60,103 nt of DNA from Octopus bimaculoides (lineage: Eukaryota), in the NCBI RefSeq assembly GCF_001194135.2, contig NC_068981.1, forward strand, positions 84,388,346-84,448,448, read 5' to 3'. The position numbers and the translations under genes were made by a program. The notes below the pieces were generated by a model that saw only the letters and a program-made list of their open reading frames with translations, had not been told where the DNA came from and did not search any database. Position 1 is the stretch's first letter, and each line of letters opens with the position of its first letter. Shown in pieces: positions 26,761 through 39,499 of the stretch.

Positions 26761-27721
26761 GAAGACCACACACACACATCTACATGTATATATAGATGCA
26801 TATCTGGGTACAGGACGTCGCAAAAAAAATGTGGACAAAATGAAAAACAAGAAATAAACAAAGCACGGAAAACAAACTTTTCTTCGGACAACAGTAGGAA
26901 CACACAGGAAAACAGACAGACCACACAGAGAACATTTCTTTCATCAACTGCCCCTATTCTAAACTAAGCGTTTCGACGAGTTGGGGCAGGACGCATTGTT
27001 AGAATAGCTCTTCCCGCAAAGCAAATTAAAATAAGATTTGTGATGCTTGTGTGTGTGTGTGTGCGAGCGTGTATGTTTATGTATGTATACGTATATATGT
27101 GTGCGGTTGCGTGAGTATTTTGTGTGTATGTATGTGTGTGTGCGTATCATGACTACATATCATGTATTCTATTTAGCCAACTATATGTTCTGTATGTACT
27201 TCTCAATACTTCTCGAATCAATTATACGAAATATGGCACGTAATTTGTATATATATTAAATACAAAATTTACTTGAGCTGGTCTGATATTAATTATATTT
27301 AATTCTTTGGCGAGACATGTATTAACGACTGTAGGAAACTCTGGATATTTCAACGATTTTTCTTTGTTTGTATTTTGCTATATTAAACTTCATACTAAAA
27401 AGGTACACCACTTTCATGTTTTCACTTGAAATATGTGTCGTGTGGAACGAGATTTAGAACTCAAATCAATTACCAGAGATATGATTTAATTTGCTAGAAT
27501 GTTGGTGGTCGCTAATCGTGTGTTGTGCAGGCGTGTGTGTGTGTGTGATTAGGGAATCGACGGGATATAACATTTTTGAGAACTATATGCCATAATGTGT
27601 AGCGTACAATTAAAGGTAGAGGAAAATATTAGACCACCGAAGCCTTGTATTATTCAATTTTTAAGTCCAACATTGTCTTACATTCATAATCAGAAGGTAT
27701 ATAGGTCTATATATTAAAAAT

Positions 27722-27884
27722 CAGGAGTGGCTGTGTGGTAAGTAGCTTGCTTACCAACCACATGGTTCCGGGTTCAGTCCCACTGCGTGGCATCTTGGGC
27801 AAGTGTCTTCTTATATGGCCTCGGGCCGACCAAAGCCTTGTGAGTGGATTTGGTAGACGGAAACTGAAAGAAACCCGTCGTATA

Positions 27885-27929
<45 letters not shown>

Positions 27930-28083
27930 NNNNNNNNNNNNNNNNNNNNNNNNNNNNNNNNNNNNNNNNNNNNNNNNNNNNNNNNNNNNNNNNNNNNNNN
28001 NNNNNNNNNNNNNNNNNNNNNNNNNNNNNNNNNNNNNNNNNNNNNNNNNNNNNNNNNNNNNNNNNNNNNNNNNNNNNNNNNNN

Positions 28084-28122
<39 letters not shown>

Positions 28123-28308
28123 TCCCCTTAGCATTACTTGACAACCGATGTTGGTGTGTTTATGTCCCGTCACTTAGCGGTTCGGCAAAAGAGACCGATA
28201 GAATAAGTACTAGACTTACAAAGAATAAGTCCCGGGGTCGATTAAAGGTGGTGCTCCAGCAAGGCCGCAGTCAAATGACTGAAACAAGTAAAAGAGTAAA
28301 AGAGTATA
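27722..28308 (+). mobile_element. SINE family B, full length, with an internal (TA)n/gap/(TG)n
   Basis: tRNA-like head ggagtggctgtgtggtaag...gggttcagtccc, internal microsatellite, 3' half ending gactgaaacaagtaaaagagtaaaagagta. Confidence 0.9.
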
Positions 28309-31300
28309 TAAACACGAAGAACTTAAAAACATCTTTTTTTCTTTTTTTTTGAGAAATTCTATATTAAATTACTCATTCATATGCACGGTGGATGTTCAAC
28401 TTTACATGCAACAAAGAAAAAGCATTTCGTGTCACACAGCTCCAGTTCATTCAGCTGTAAATGGATAAGCCGACGACATATTGGCATTCCGCTCAGGGAG
28501 AACATTGGCCTGTCCGTCAAGCCAACGGGGATATCATCCTTCGAAAGCTATAACAATGTGAACAATGTGAAGAAGAGTTTTTTGACCATTAGTATATAAC
28601 AACATCAGATAGTCTGCTCGATACAGTGCTACAGTGATAAGTATATGTGTATTATTGTGTGCTCGCGCGAGTGTGTGTGTGTGTGTACGTGTGTGTGTGT
28701 ATGCGTAAACATACGTTTGTACAATGATTGTTAACATAAATTTTCGACAAGGATTGTGTATTATACGTAATGAGAAGTAAGAATTTGAGCACCTAGATCA
28801 AAAGAATATACTTAAATATACTCTTTTCGAATATCATGCAAATATTGTTACTGTCTATGGCTTCTTTACCACTTTACCTCTCACAATCTTTCATATTTTT
28901 ATTCGTTTTTTTATTATTATTTTTAAAAAACTTCAACACAGACATCACATTATGGTCTCTTGCAGACAGGAGAGAGTCCGGAACGGATGTTAAAATATAG
29001 AATGAGACAGAATGATAGACAGACTGATAGAAAGACCAATAGACAGACCGATAGACAAGACTGATAGACGGATATGGATATGTGTATGAATTACGCAGAG
29101 GTGTGAGAGATATAGACAGAGAGTATAGAGTAACAACATACGTAGGTTTAGTAAACAAGAAGATACGAAGCTGGTACATCCGTTGTAAGAGAGTGGTTCA
29201 ACAAAATTAGGGATGACATCGATGACTTTCAAAAAGGTAATCATATTCTGGTTGTAGTGTGTAATCAGTTTATCTTAATAAGAAACGTTTGTGTTTCTAT
29301 GTGTTTTTAGGAACCCGTGAATATTAATGCACTTACCTTGTGAAATGTAGGCGTCTTGAAGATCAAAAATAGGCAGTGTTTTAAGGAATATTATTCTCAT
29401 GTTTGCAATGCCATACACCAATAATGTGTGTGCGTGTGTGTGTGTGTGTGTGTTCTCTGAAACTCAGAACGCAGATTAATATGACGATATTTCTTTTGGT
29501 TCTTTGTTAATGATATACGTAAGTGTTGCTAAGCGAGTAAGTTTGTGTATGCGGATTTCATCTACAATCGCGTCCATTTCATGAATGGCTAAAAATTTCT
29601 GTTTCTTAGTTGATGCAATAAAGAAAAATAATCCTCTTCTTTGGGGATTCTAAGACACAGAAATGTATTGGAACTTATTTCTAACGAAAGGACTTCTGTT
29701 TAATCACTTGGTTACAGTAACCTGTTTACACAAAAGTCGCAAAACTTAAACAAGTATACATTGATCTTTAGTATTATATATGTGTATGTATACATATATA
29801 TATGAACACACACACATATATATATACATACATGTGCGTGTGTGTGTGTGTGTGTGTTCTCTGAAACTCAGAACGCAGATTAATATGACGATATTTCTTT
29901 TGGTTCTTTGTTAATGATATACGTAAGTGTTGCTAAGCGAGTAAGTTTGTGTATGCGGATTTCATCTACAATCGCGTCCATTTCATGAATGGCTAAAAAT
30001 TTCTGTTTCTTAGTTGATGCAATAAAGAAAAATAATCCNNNNNNNNNNNNNNNNNNNNNNNNNNNNNNNNNNNNNNNNNNNNNNNNNNNNNNNNNNNNNN
30101 NNNNNNNNNNNNNNNNNNNNNNNNNNNNNNNNNNNNNNNNNNNNNNNNNNNNNNNNNNNNNNNNNNNNNNNNNNNNNNNNNNNNNNNNNNNNNNNNNNNN
30201 NNNNNNNNNNNNNNNNNNNNNNNNNNNNNNNNNNNNNNNNNNNNNNNNNNNNNNNNNNNNNNNNNNNNNNNNNNNNNNNNNNNNNNNNNNNNNNNNNNNN
30301 NNNNNNNNNNNNNNNNNNNNNNNNNNNNNNNNNNNNNNNNNNNNNNNNNNNNNNNNNNNNNNNNNNNNNNNNNNNNNNNNNNNNNNNNNNNNNNNNNNNN
30401 NNNNNNNNNNNNNNNNNNNNNNNNNNNNNNNNNNNNNNNNNNNNNNNNNNNNNNNNNNNNNNNNNNNNNNNNNNNNNNNNNNNNNNNNNNNNNNNNNNNN
30501 NNNNNNNNNNNNNNNNNNNNNNNNNNNNNNNNNNNNNNNNNNNNNNNNNNNNNNNNNNNNNNNNNNNNNNNNNNNNNNNNNNNNNNNNNNNNNNNNNNNN
30601 NNNNNNNNNNNNNNNNNNNNNNNNNNNNNNNNNNNNNNNNNNNNNNNNNNNNNNNNNNNNNNNNNNNNNNNNNNNNNNNNNNNNNNNNNNNNNNNNNNNN
30701 NNNNNNNNNNNNNNNNNNNNNNNNNNNNNNNNNNNNNNNNNNNNNNNNNNNNNNNNNNNNNNNNNNNNNNNNNNNNNNNNNNNNNNNNNNNNNNNNNNNN
30801 NNNNNNNNNNNNNNNNNNNNNNNNNNNNNNNNNNNNNNNNNNNNNNNNNNNNNNNNNNNNNNNNNNNNNNNNNNNNNNNNNNNNNNNNNNNNNNNNNNNN
30901 NNNNNNNNNNNNNNNNNNNNNNNNNNNNNNNNNNNNNNNNNNNNNNNNNNNNNNNNNNNNNNNNNNNNNNNNNNNNNNNNNNNNNNNNNTATATATATAT
31001 GCGTGTTTTTTAGTGCGTGTTCTGGAGCAATATATCAATTAGCCTTCTGTAAACTTGATATAAAACATATGGAGAGACGTTTTCATTCTCATTAAATTTT
31101 GAACTTCAGAAACGAAGTAAGACTAAAAGGAGGCAGAAAGGAGCCAATCATTAATATCCTATATCTACTAAACGTCATAAAGATAAGTAAAATTACTTCA
31201 TAAAGACATTAAATACACAAAACGTTTCTTTCCGAAATGTAATCTACTTATCATGTCTTTACATTGCATATATGATATATATGTAAAATAAATCGTTTTT

Positions 31301-31822
31301 TTATGACTTCATTTGAGTTTTAAGATGTTAGTGTATTTTCTCTGTGCTTTCTTCTATTACATTTGCAGCTTTTAGCAAATTTTGAAATCGCTTAGAATAA
31401 CAACACAAGCACAGATCCTGTCTCGATTGTATTTTTGGGTTTGCTACCAACTCAATGAAATGTCTGAAATCGTTTCTTTATAATTTACAAAAGTAATACT
31501 GTCAGTATTACAGGTATTGTTCTCTTCACTCGGAGTATTTTATAAGGATCTGTTTCTAAGTTACTTTACGATCTGTAAATTCGTGGATTAAATTTATTGT
31601 TGGTTGAACGCTATCGTTGACTTAAAGGCTTTAACGAGGTACCTGTGAAACTGAATTTCACTGGGTAAGCCCTATTTACTCTTTCTCATATTTTCTTTAA
31701 ATAGAAACCTTTCATTTTATCAACCAATAATTAATTTACTTAGCGGACTTGGAGATTGTTGTAAAAAGCTATAAACTAATTCAGTAAAACAGAATAAAGA
31801 GATATTGTTCTTGTATTACATA

Positions 31823-32020
31823 AAATCGTTTAGCACGCCAGCCGAAATGCTTAGCGGCATTTCGTCCATCTTCACGTTCTGAGTTCAAGTTCCACCCAAG
31901 TCGACTTTGCCTTTCATCTTCTCGGGATCGATGAAATAAGTATCAGTCGAGCATTGGGATCGATATAACCGATTAGCCCCCTCCCCAAATATTTCGGGCT
32001 TTGTGCCTATAGTAGAAGGG
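31823..32020 (+). mobile_element. SINE family C, tail type 2
   Basis: gaaatgcttagcggcatttcg...gagttcaagttcc...gtcgactttgcctttcatc...gggctttgtgcctatagtagaa. Confidence 0.85.
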
Positions 32021-32927
32021 ATTCTCGTATTACATAGTAATAAATTCTGGCCATCGAATTGTATTGAAGAAATTTACAATACACAGTCTGTTATGAACTG
32101 CACACAGGCTAGGATTCGAAATGAACACAAAACTTATGACATAAAAATGCTTATGTGGAAGGTGGATTATGTTGAACATCTGCCATAATAAACGCGAAAT
32201 TCTGTCTGTCCAGGACCCCTGTATCTCAGTCTACATTTGCTCTACATAGACATATTATACCTTTTTGGAATCAGGATGATCACAGGAGTGAAAATCTGCC
32301 CTTCATTTGGTTCTTAACATCCAACATTGGGATCTGATTTAAAAGCATTTGAGTTGCTATTTCTAGCAGGTAAAGCTTGGCTGATTCATACCATCTCAGT
32401 TTGTCTGATGACGTCAGAGATAAAGGGGGAGATAAATGACATTCGCATCGCTAATTTTACGACGAGATAAGAACTTTGGGACAAACTGGCCAACAGTTGG
32501 GAATTCAACTTGAGACTGGAACAATATAAATATTGCATTACAAAATTAAATTCTCATCCGTCTATAACCTCTGATCAAATATAACTGGGTAATGTAGTCA
32601 TTATAGACCTATTATAGTCATGATATTTATCTCTCTTTCGTTTGGAGCTGCGGGCCTAATTAGCCCTCCACAGAAAATAGCCTAAAAGTCCGCACGGATT
32701 GCAACTTTTAAACTAGTACGTAATATAATAATCCTTAAACCCAGATTTTGATGACGTACTTTTTCTTATCTTTGCGAACATATTCACGTTTCCCATATGT
32801 TTGCATATCTGGGTAAGTGTTTACATGGGTTTGTGCGATTGTGAAAATTATTGTACGTGATACTATACAGATAATGTCACAAATAATTAACGACATAACA
32901 AATCGAATCCTTCCCTTCATTAGAATT

Positions 32928-32972
<45 letters not shown>

Positions 32973-33463
32973 ACATTCATCTGCGTGTGATAGACCGGTT
33001 TAGATCAAAGGAAAGCTACACACACACACACACATATGCATGTATGTATGCATATATGTATGTATGTATCTCTCTCTCTCTATATATATATACATATATA
33101 TATATATTTATATATATATATATATATATNNNNNNNNNNNNNNNNNNNNNNNNNNNNNNNNNNNNNNNNNNNNNNNNNNNNNNNNNNNNNNNNNNNNNNN
33201 NNNNNNNNNNNNNNNNNNNNNNNNNNNNNNNNNNNNNNNNNNNNNNNNNNNNNNNNNNNNNNNNNNNNNNNNNNNNNNNNNNNNNNNNNNNNNNNNNNNN
33301 NNNNNNNNNNNNNNNNNNNNNNNNNNNNNNNNNNNNNNNNNNNNNNNNNNNNNNNNNNNNNNNNNNNNNNNNNNATATATATACATGCAAACACATATAC
33401 GCACACAGATACATGCGTGTGTGCGTGTATATATATTTATATATACACATATACATATATATG

Positions 33464-33494
<31 letters not shown>

Positions 33495-34968
33495 GTTTAT
33501 ATATATATATATATATATATATGCATGTATACACATATATATCTATATATATACACATATATATGTATGTATGTATATATGTATGTGTGTATGTATGTAT
33601 GTGTGTATGCGTGTATGTACGTATGTATCTATGTATGTATGTATGTATGTATGTATGTATGTATGCACACGCAAATAAACACAATATCTGGCTGAAGAAT
33701 AAATATAAACACATAGATACATAAATACGCGTGTATTTACACAGACATGAAAACACATGGATATATTTCACATGATGACTTTTTCATCTACCTTATTCAA
33801 GCCTTCCAATTCATTGACGCGCTAAAAACATCAAGCTACAGAAAAAAAGCCTGTTACAGCTGCATTCTATCTTGCACGCAAATGTATAAATACATAAGAA
33901 AAGGGATTACATATTAGCTATCACGCAATGTGCATTTATCTCGAACTGCTGAATAAAGTGAAGTCATTTATTGGCTAATGTACTCTTACGTAGTAGTAAA
34001 GCCTAGGAAAATAGCTGCTTTTTTCGTAAATGTTCTGATTGAATATGAATGTTATATAAAATGCCATTAAATATACATAGATACATACATACATACATAC
34101 ATACATACATACATACATACATACATAGACAAGAGACGATGACAATTTCCTTTTCCTTGCAATCTTGCTACCGGAAAGGTGGCCGGACAAAAATAAACTA
34201 AAGATTAAAAGAAAGAGCGATCATTCATACATATATACATGCATACATACGTATGTACATACATACATACATGCATACATACATACATACATACATACAT
34301 ACATACATACATGCATACATACATAAACACATGTATAATTACAAATTTATATACATATGTGCGTAAAGTGCGCCAGACAACTAAGTCCAAAACAATGCAT
34401 GGAATAACTGAAGCATCAAACAGAAAAGAACAACATGTTCCTAGAAAAAATGGTACACATAATCCACGGGATATATCAAAGAAAATAGCCATCGTATAAA
34501 TCCGCCTTAGGCCCCAACGATTGCTTCAGTGTGCCTACGAAATAAACTGCATGCTATTCTCGCCGCACATCACGCTTGAAGAATTTTAGGGTCGTCCCGC
34601 CAAGTTCATAGAATGTATTTTCTCTTGAGCCTAGAGCTGCGCGGAATTTCCGACTTGTAGCATAGGTGGAGATCAGGCTCTCTTAGTCTCGTTTCGTTAA
34701 TTTCAAATTGTGAGGTGTTTGCACATCTGAAAATTAAATTACGGAACTATAACGTACTTCCATGAAACGCTCTGTAATGTATCTTCGTGACTGTAGTAGG
34801 TTATAATAAATTCTACCTCTGCTGTTGAATATTCTCCTTTCTGCAAAAACATTGAAAACGAACTTTTGTTCGAACAACGAAAGAAACAAACAAACAGAGA
34901 AACGAGACAGGCAACATAAAGAGCATTCGCTTCATTTGTTGTCCCCTGTTTTATCTACTCCGCGTTTC

Positions 34969-35826
34969 AAATGGAGACATAACGCCGACATCACTTGTGA
35001 TCACTCCAAACACCATGATGTTGACTGGATGTTTGATTTTCATCTCTCTCGGTAAGATTCCACTGTCCTCAGATTGACACCCAAACACTCTGAAATGTTC
35101 GTATTGGAGCTTCAGGGTGCGGTGAATGTATTGTCGTTTAAATTACACAAAAATGAAAATATCACTGACATCTCATTGTAACAAATATATTTAGCAAAAT
35201 TACATAAAAATATCTTCAAATACAAAAGAGTAAATTTATTCGATAAAATCTTCATTGGCTCCAACCACGGCCTTCAGACCAATTCGGAATTTCTTGCAGC
35301 TCTTATGGATGGTCTCCTTGTTTATGTTGGTGAATGCTGCCATAATCTTTGCCTTCAGTTCATCTTCGGTGTTAGAGGGAGTTTTGTTGGTCTCTCGCTC
35401 AACTGCACTCCACACATGATAATCAAGCGGGTTGCAGTGTGGAGCGTTATGTGGCCAGATGTTAAGTGTGGTGTGGTCGCAGAAATTATCTGACAGCCAT
35501 GACTGGGTTCTCCTGCTTGTGTGGCATGCTGCAGAGTCCTGTTGCCAGACATAGAGTCTACCAGCAGCCACTGTCTTGACCCAGGGCAGCATTACCTCTT
35601 CCAGGCACTTGATGTAGGCCTCCGTGATGAGCCTGAGGCCGTATTGGAGCTTCCAGCGTGAATGCCAGGCAGTACAGCATGTCGCTTCCAAATTTCTGGC
35701 AGTGTGAATTGCGTCATGGTGCTGTTTTTCTCACAGACGGTGCTCATCTATATTATGTAGTCGACAAAATCAAAAACAAACAAAGCGCGAAATAAAAATA
35801 TAAAACGGTGACAATTTACCCATCGT
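34969..35826 (-). mobile_element. maT (DD37D) transposon relic, internally deleted and rearranged
   Basis: QQDSAACH...CNPLDY has 37 residues between the last two Asp. N-terminus MTQFTLPEIWKRHAV starts at 35717. Further pieces (GSSNTNISECLGVNLRTV; KHPVNIMVFGVITSD) lie at 34969-35113. Weak TIR remnants. Confidence 0.85.
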
Positions 35827-35839
35827 TAAATCTACAAGT

Positions 35840-36010
35840 TTGTTTTCTTCGTTCTGTTTCTGTTTGCTTTCTTTTATTCCTTTCATTTGAAGAGCGTAGG
35901 CTCGAAACGTAGAAGACTTTTTCATTTTCCCAAGCGTCAAACTAATACACTCGCTTGATGTTCATGCACCTGCCTTCGTCTTTTGTTTTTCTATAAATTG
36001 CAACTACATA
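35840..36010 (+). mobile_element. Penelope-like terminus with a degenerate minimal hammerhead motif
   Basis: tgaagagcgtaggctcgaaacgt followed by a T-rich tail; a second copy is inverted at 38802-38950. The layout core, short helix II, GAAACGT is characteristic of Penelope-like element repeats. Confidence 0.55.
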
Positions 36011-37245
36011 TATATGCATCTGTATATATTATAAGCGTGTGTGCGAGTGTGTGTATACACACACACACACACACTGATGGGTTTACAAAAAAGAACAAAC
36101 ACTCAAGAAAGAACAATCAACACGGCCAGGGTATTGGCCCATCCCTCATAACTGGCAGTATTCTCCAAATAGTCAGGGCCGTTCCCAACTTGCCAGGACC
36201 GCCACACTAACTGCGGGAAACTTCATATACTGCAGTAGCTTCTTTCTGTCCCTTAACAAAAGGACTGAACTATGATTTTGCTACAACTAAGGGGACAATC
36301 TAACTGCTAAATCTAAGCCATTAGCTGTGAACGCTATCTTCCACCGAAATTACACTGGGACTTCTAACCAAAGGAAAGGAAAATACTTCGTGACGTAATA
36401 TCCACCCATTTAGCACCAGCCAGCAGTCGAAATGAAAATGGATCTACTACCTGATCCAAATCAGTCAATGGCAACAAGCCTTTTTTGCTATCAAATGGCT
36501 CACACATAGATATAGGTATATGCATATGTACATAAGTATGTGTGTATATAGGTATGTATACGCATATGTTCTCGGGTATGTCTTTAAACTGTGTGCGGTA
36601 GTAAAGGCTCAAGAGTTTCATGGTTTCATGGAGTGTGGAACCACTTCTTAGCTACTATTCCCAGCTCTACTCTGACCTGGAGCAAGAGCAGTTGTTAGGA
36701 TCCCAGTTATGAGTTTAAAATCTATATGAGCAAGGGACGCAGAAATACCATTAACTGCTGTCAGAGTGCGTAATAAAACCACCGGGAATGAGGGGCCCTT
36801 AGATGTAGTTAAAACATCTCCCTAGAAGAGGGACACTCTGATGTATAACCCGTGGTTTCACATGATAACTGGTCATCTCGATTTAGCCAGTCACAAAATA
36901 CTAAAGACGGAGACTCGGAGTGGCATTCGTGTTGTACAAGCGTTTATCACTTAATCTAATGACGGAAGGTCCCTTTATGGTGACCTCATTTGTTATTCCA
37001 TCATCTGAAAGTCTTATTGCGATGCAAATGTGGTGAGGTGTGCAGATCTGACCAACTCGAGGTGCACTCGTCAATCACCTATGCTTCACACCATGCAGAT
37101 CTGCAACAGGACTGATAGTCATGTGAGAGGCCACGGACAGTAAGTCAGAAAACAAAGAAACGGCAATCAACGGTAAAGATGGAACAATCACCACATGTAT
37201 CTATGGATGGATGGATGGATGCATGCATGCATGCGTGTATGTATG

Positions 37246-37565
37246 TGAAGGAATATGGCTCAGTGGTTAGAACGTTGGGCTCACAATCATGAGGTAGTGA
37301 GTTCGATTCCTGGACCGCGATGTGTGTTGAATTTTTGAGCAAGACACTTTATAGTTCACTCAGCTGTAGAAATGAGTTACGACATCACTGGTGCCAAGCC
37401 CTACCGGCCTTTGCCTTTCCCTTGGATAACATCAGTGGTGTGAAGAGGGGAGGCTTCTTGTATGCATAGGCGATTGCTTGTCTTCCAGAAACAATCTTGC
37501 CCGGACTTGTGCCTAGGAGGGGAATTTTCTAGGCGCAATCCCACGGTCATTCATGACCGAAAGGC
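37246..37565 (+). mobile_element. tRNA-derived SINE family D
   Basis: A box tggctcagtggttag, B box gttcgattcc, centre gagcaagacacttt..ttcactcagctgtagaaatgag, 3' hairpin ggtcattcatgacc. Confidence 0.8.
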
Positions 37566-38055
37566 GTCATTAACCTTTATATATGCATGTATGTATGTAT
37601 GTATGTACTTGCATAGGTGTATAAAATTATACATATATTCATTGAAAACCAGATAGATTGAGCTAGTTAAGCAGATTGACAATTGGATAGATAAACCAGA
37701 AAAGAATCATAAGAGATATACGCATCTGTGTGTGCTTTTTCTGTTTCCGGTGAAATGTTTTATAAAAATAATAAATCGACAAATCCATATCAGCCATTAT
37801 GAAATGCTTGCATTGTCAATTGTATAAGGAAACAGAAAGGAAGAAAAAGCCAGACAGAGAACAATGACAAATATCATTTATGGATTAATATGTTTGGTAA
37901 TAGGATACGGAGAGACGTAGGTGGTTCTTAGAATCCTTTCAATACATTCTACTACTTTTATCTCTTTTATTTCTATTTCCCTCTCTTTATTTCTCCCCAT
38001 TACATATTCTTTTTATCCGCTTCACCTTGCCTCATTCTTTTATTATACATACATG

Positions 38056-38089
<34 letters not shown>

Positions 38090-38265
38090 TACCGCTATAT
38101 ATATAATGAACTGTACACTTGTTATTTCAGCAACGTAGTACTCGATCCAGGATTTATATAGACGCAGGACTTAAACAGAGACTCGCATTCAAATCCAGTG
38201 ATGTATGTCTGTGCGTATGTGTGTGTGTGTATTTGTGTGTCTGGGTATGTGTGTGTATGTGTGTG

Positions 38266-38301
<36 letters not shown>

Positions 38302-38532
38302 TGTGTGTGCACGCGCGTGTAATAAGTAAAGATTAGATCCAAGGATCAAGGTATAGGAAGATAGTAAGTTTCGAGCAGTCCGCAGAAGGTATAAAAAAAA
38401 CTTTCAGGATCAATAGTGGTTTATTGTTGTAGAAGGTTGCACGTTTTTCCTGTATCGAAGTTCGATAAGCTGAAAAGATTGTTTTATAGCTTATAGTTAG
38501 TAATAGAGGTTGCTGTGTATTCGAAAAGAAAC

Positions 38533-38806
38533 TCCAAATTAAGGAATAGAGTAGATAAAATCGAGGCTATATATGTTTCATTGCTATCAGAACCTCAGAA
38601 CTAGTAATTATCCAAACGAAGGGGTAATCCGCTAGCTACTCATCGGGCCAAAGATACCTTAATCAAAATAAGTTAACATCGTCGTCAAGGGATCCCATGC
38701 TGACTCGCAAGCGATTCAATTGAAAATGCGTAGAAAGACTTCCGCGGTCCTGTTAGCTATGAAACATGTAGTCTGGATTTTATGTACTTCATTCCCTAAT
38801 CTTGGA
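38533..38806. repeat. Inverted repeat, about 65-bp arms with a 145-bp spacer; third arm copy at 50143-50213
   Basis: tccaaattaaggaatagagtagataaaatcgaggctatatatgtttcattgctatcagaacc is the approximate reverse complement of ggtcctgttagctatgaaacatgtagtctggattttatgtacttcattccctaatcttgga. Confidence 0.75.
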
Positions 38807-38950
38807 TATATATAAAACAACAGACGAAGACAGGTAGTGTAGACAACAAATGTATATATTAGGATAACGCTCGGGAATAGAGAAAGTCATTAACGTTTCG
38901 AGCCTACGCTCTTCAACAGAAAGGAACAAAGAAAGTAACAAGGAGAGAAA
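38802..38950 (-). mobile_element. Penelope-like terminus, second copy
   Basis: Reverse complement cctttctgttgaagagcgtaggctcgaaacgttaatgac...cccgagcgtta...cctgtcttcgtc is homologous to 35840-36010. Confidence 0.55.
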
Positions 38951-39169
38951 TAAGAAGAGAAAAAAATATATATGGAGAAAAAAAATATGTGTAGTGGTCA
39001 GCGATCTATCATGGCGAATGCCGGACAGAAGGGTCACAAAGGAGAGTTAAGAAGAAGGGTAGATAACGAAGTAGTAGTGATCCCAAAACGAAGGTGTTTG
39101 TGTGTAAGGGGAATGCTGGTGATCTTAACGTATGCATGTGTGTATGTAGGTATGAAGGTGTGAAAATGT

Positions 39170-39473
39170 GGGGATGGGAATTGGTCAGTGCTGGTGTGTG
39201 CGTGGTGGTGTGTTGTGATGTGATGTATTGTGTGATATGGTGTAGCGTGGTGTGATGTGAAGGTGTTGGGAGGTGGGGGAGGTGAGAGTGGGGAAAGCAT
39301 GAGTGGGGTGCGGGTTAGGCTGAGGGTGGAGTAGAGGTAGGGTATGTGGGTAGGCAGAGGTTGGGTGTAGGTGGGGCTATGTGGGTAGGTAGACGGTAGG
39401 GATAGAGGTGGAGTATGTGGGAGAGGGTGTAGGTGTGGGGTGTAAGGGAGGGGGTGTAAGGGATGGGGTGTAA
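39170..39473 (+). repeat. G/T-rich low-complexity tract (GGTGT/GGGGTGTAAG units)
   Basis: Strongly strand-asymmetric with many G3-G5 runs. Confidence 0.85.
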
Positions 39474-39499
39474 GTACTTCACAAATGTACTTCACAAAT

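Noticed and set aside
26930-27020. Third hammerhead/Penelope-like end (gcgtttcgac...gaatagctcttcc)
   Set aside because: The catalytic core is not recognisable in this copy, and there is no second copy in the window to confirm it.
29426-30038. Exact duplicate of about 205 bp (29426-29634 and 29832-30038, period 404)
   Set aside because: 100% identical, starts in a (TG)n and ends exactly at a gap edge. This is the typical signature of a contig-end misassembly; long reads would settle it.
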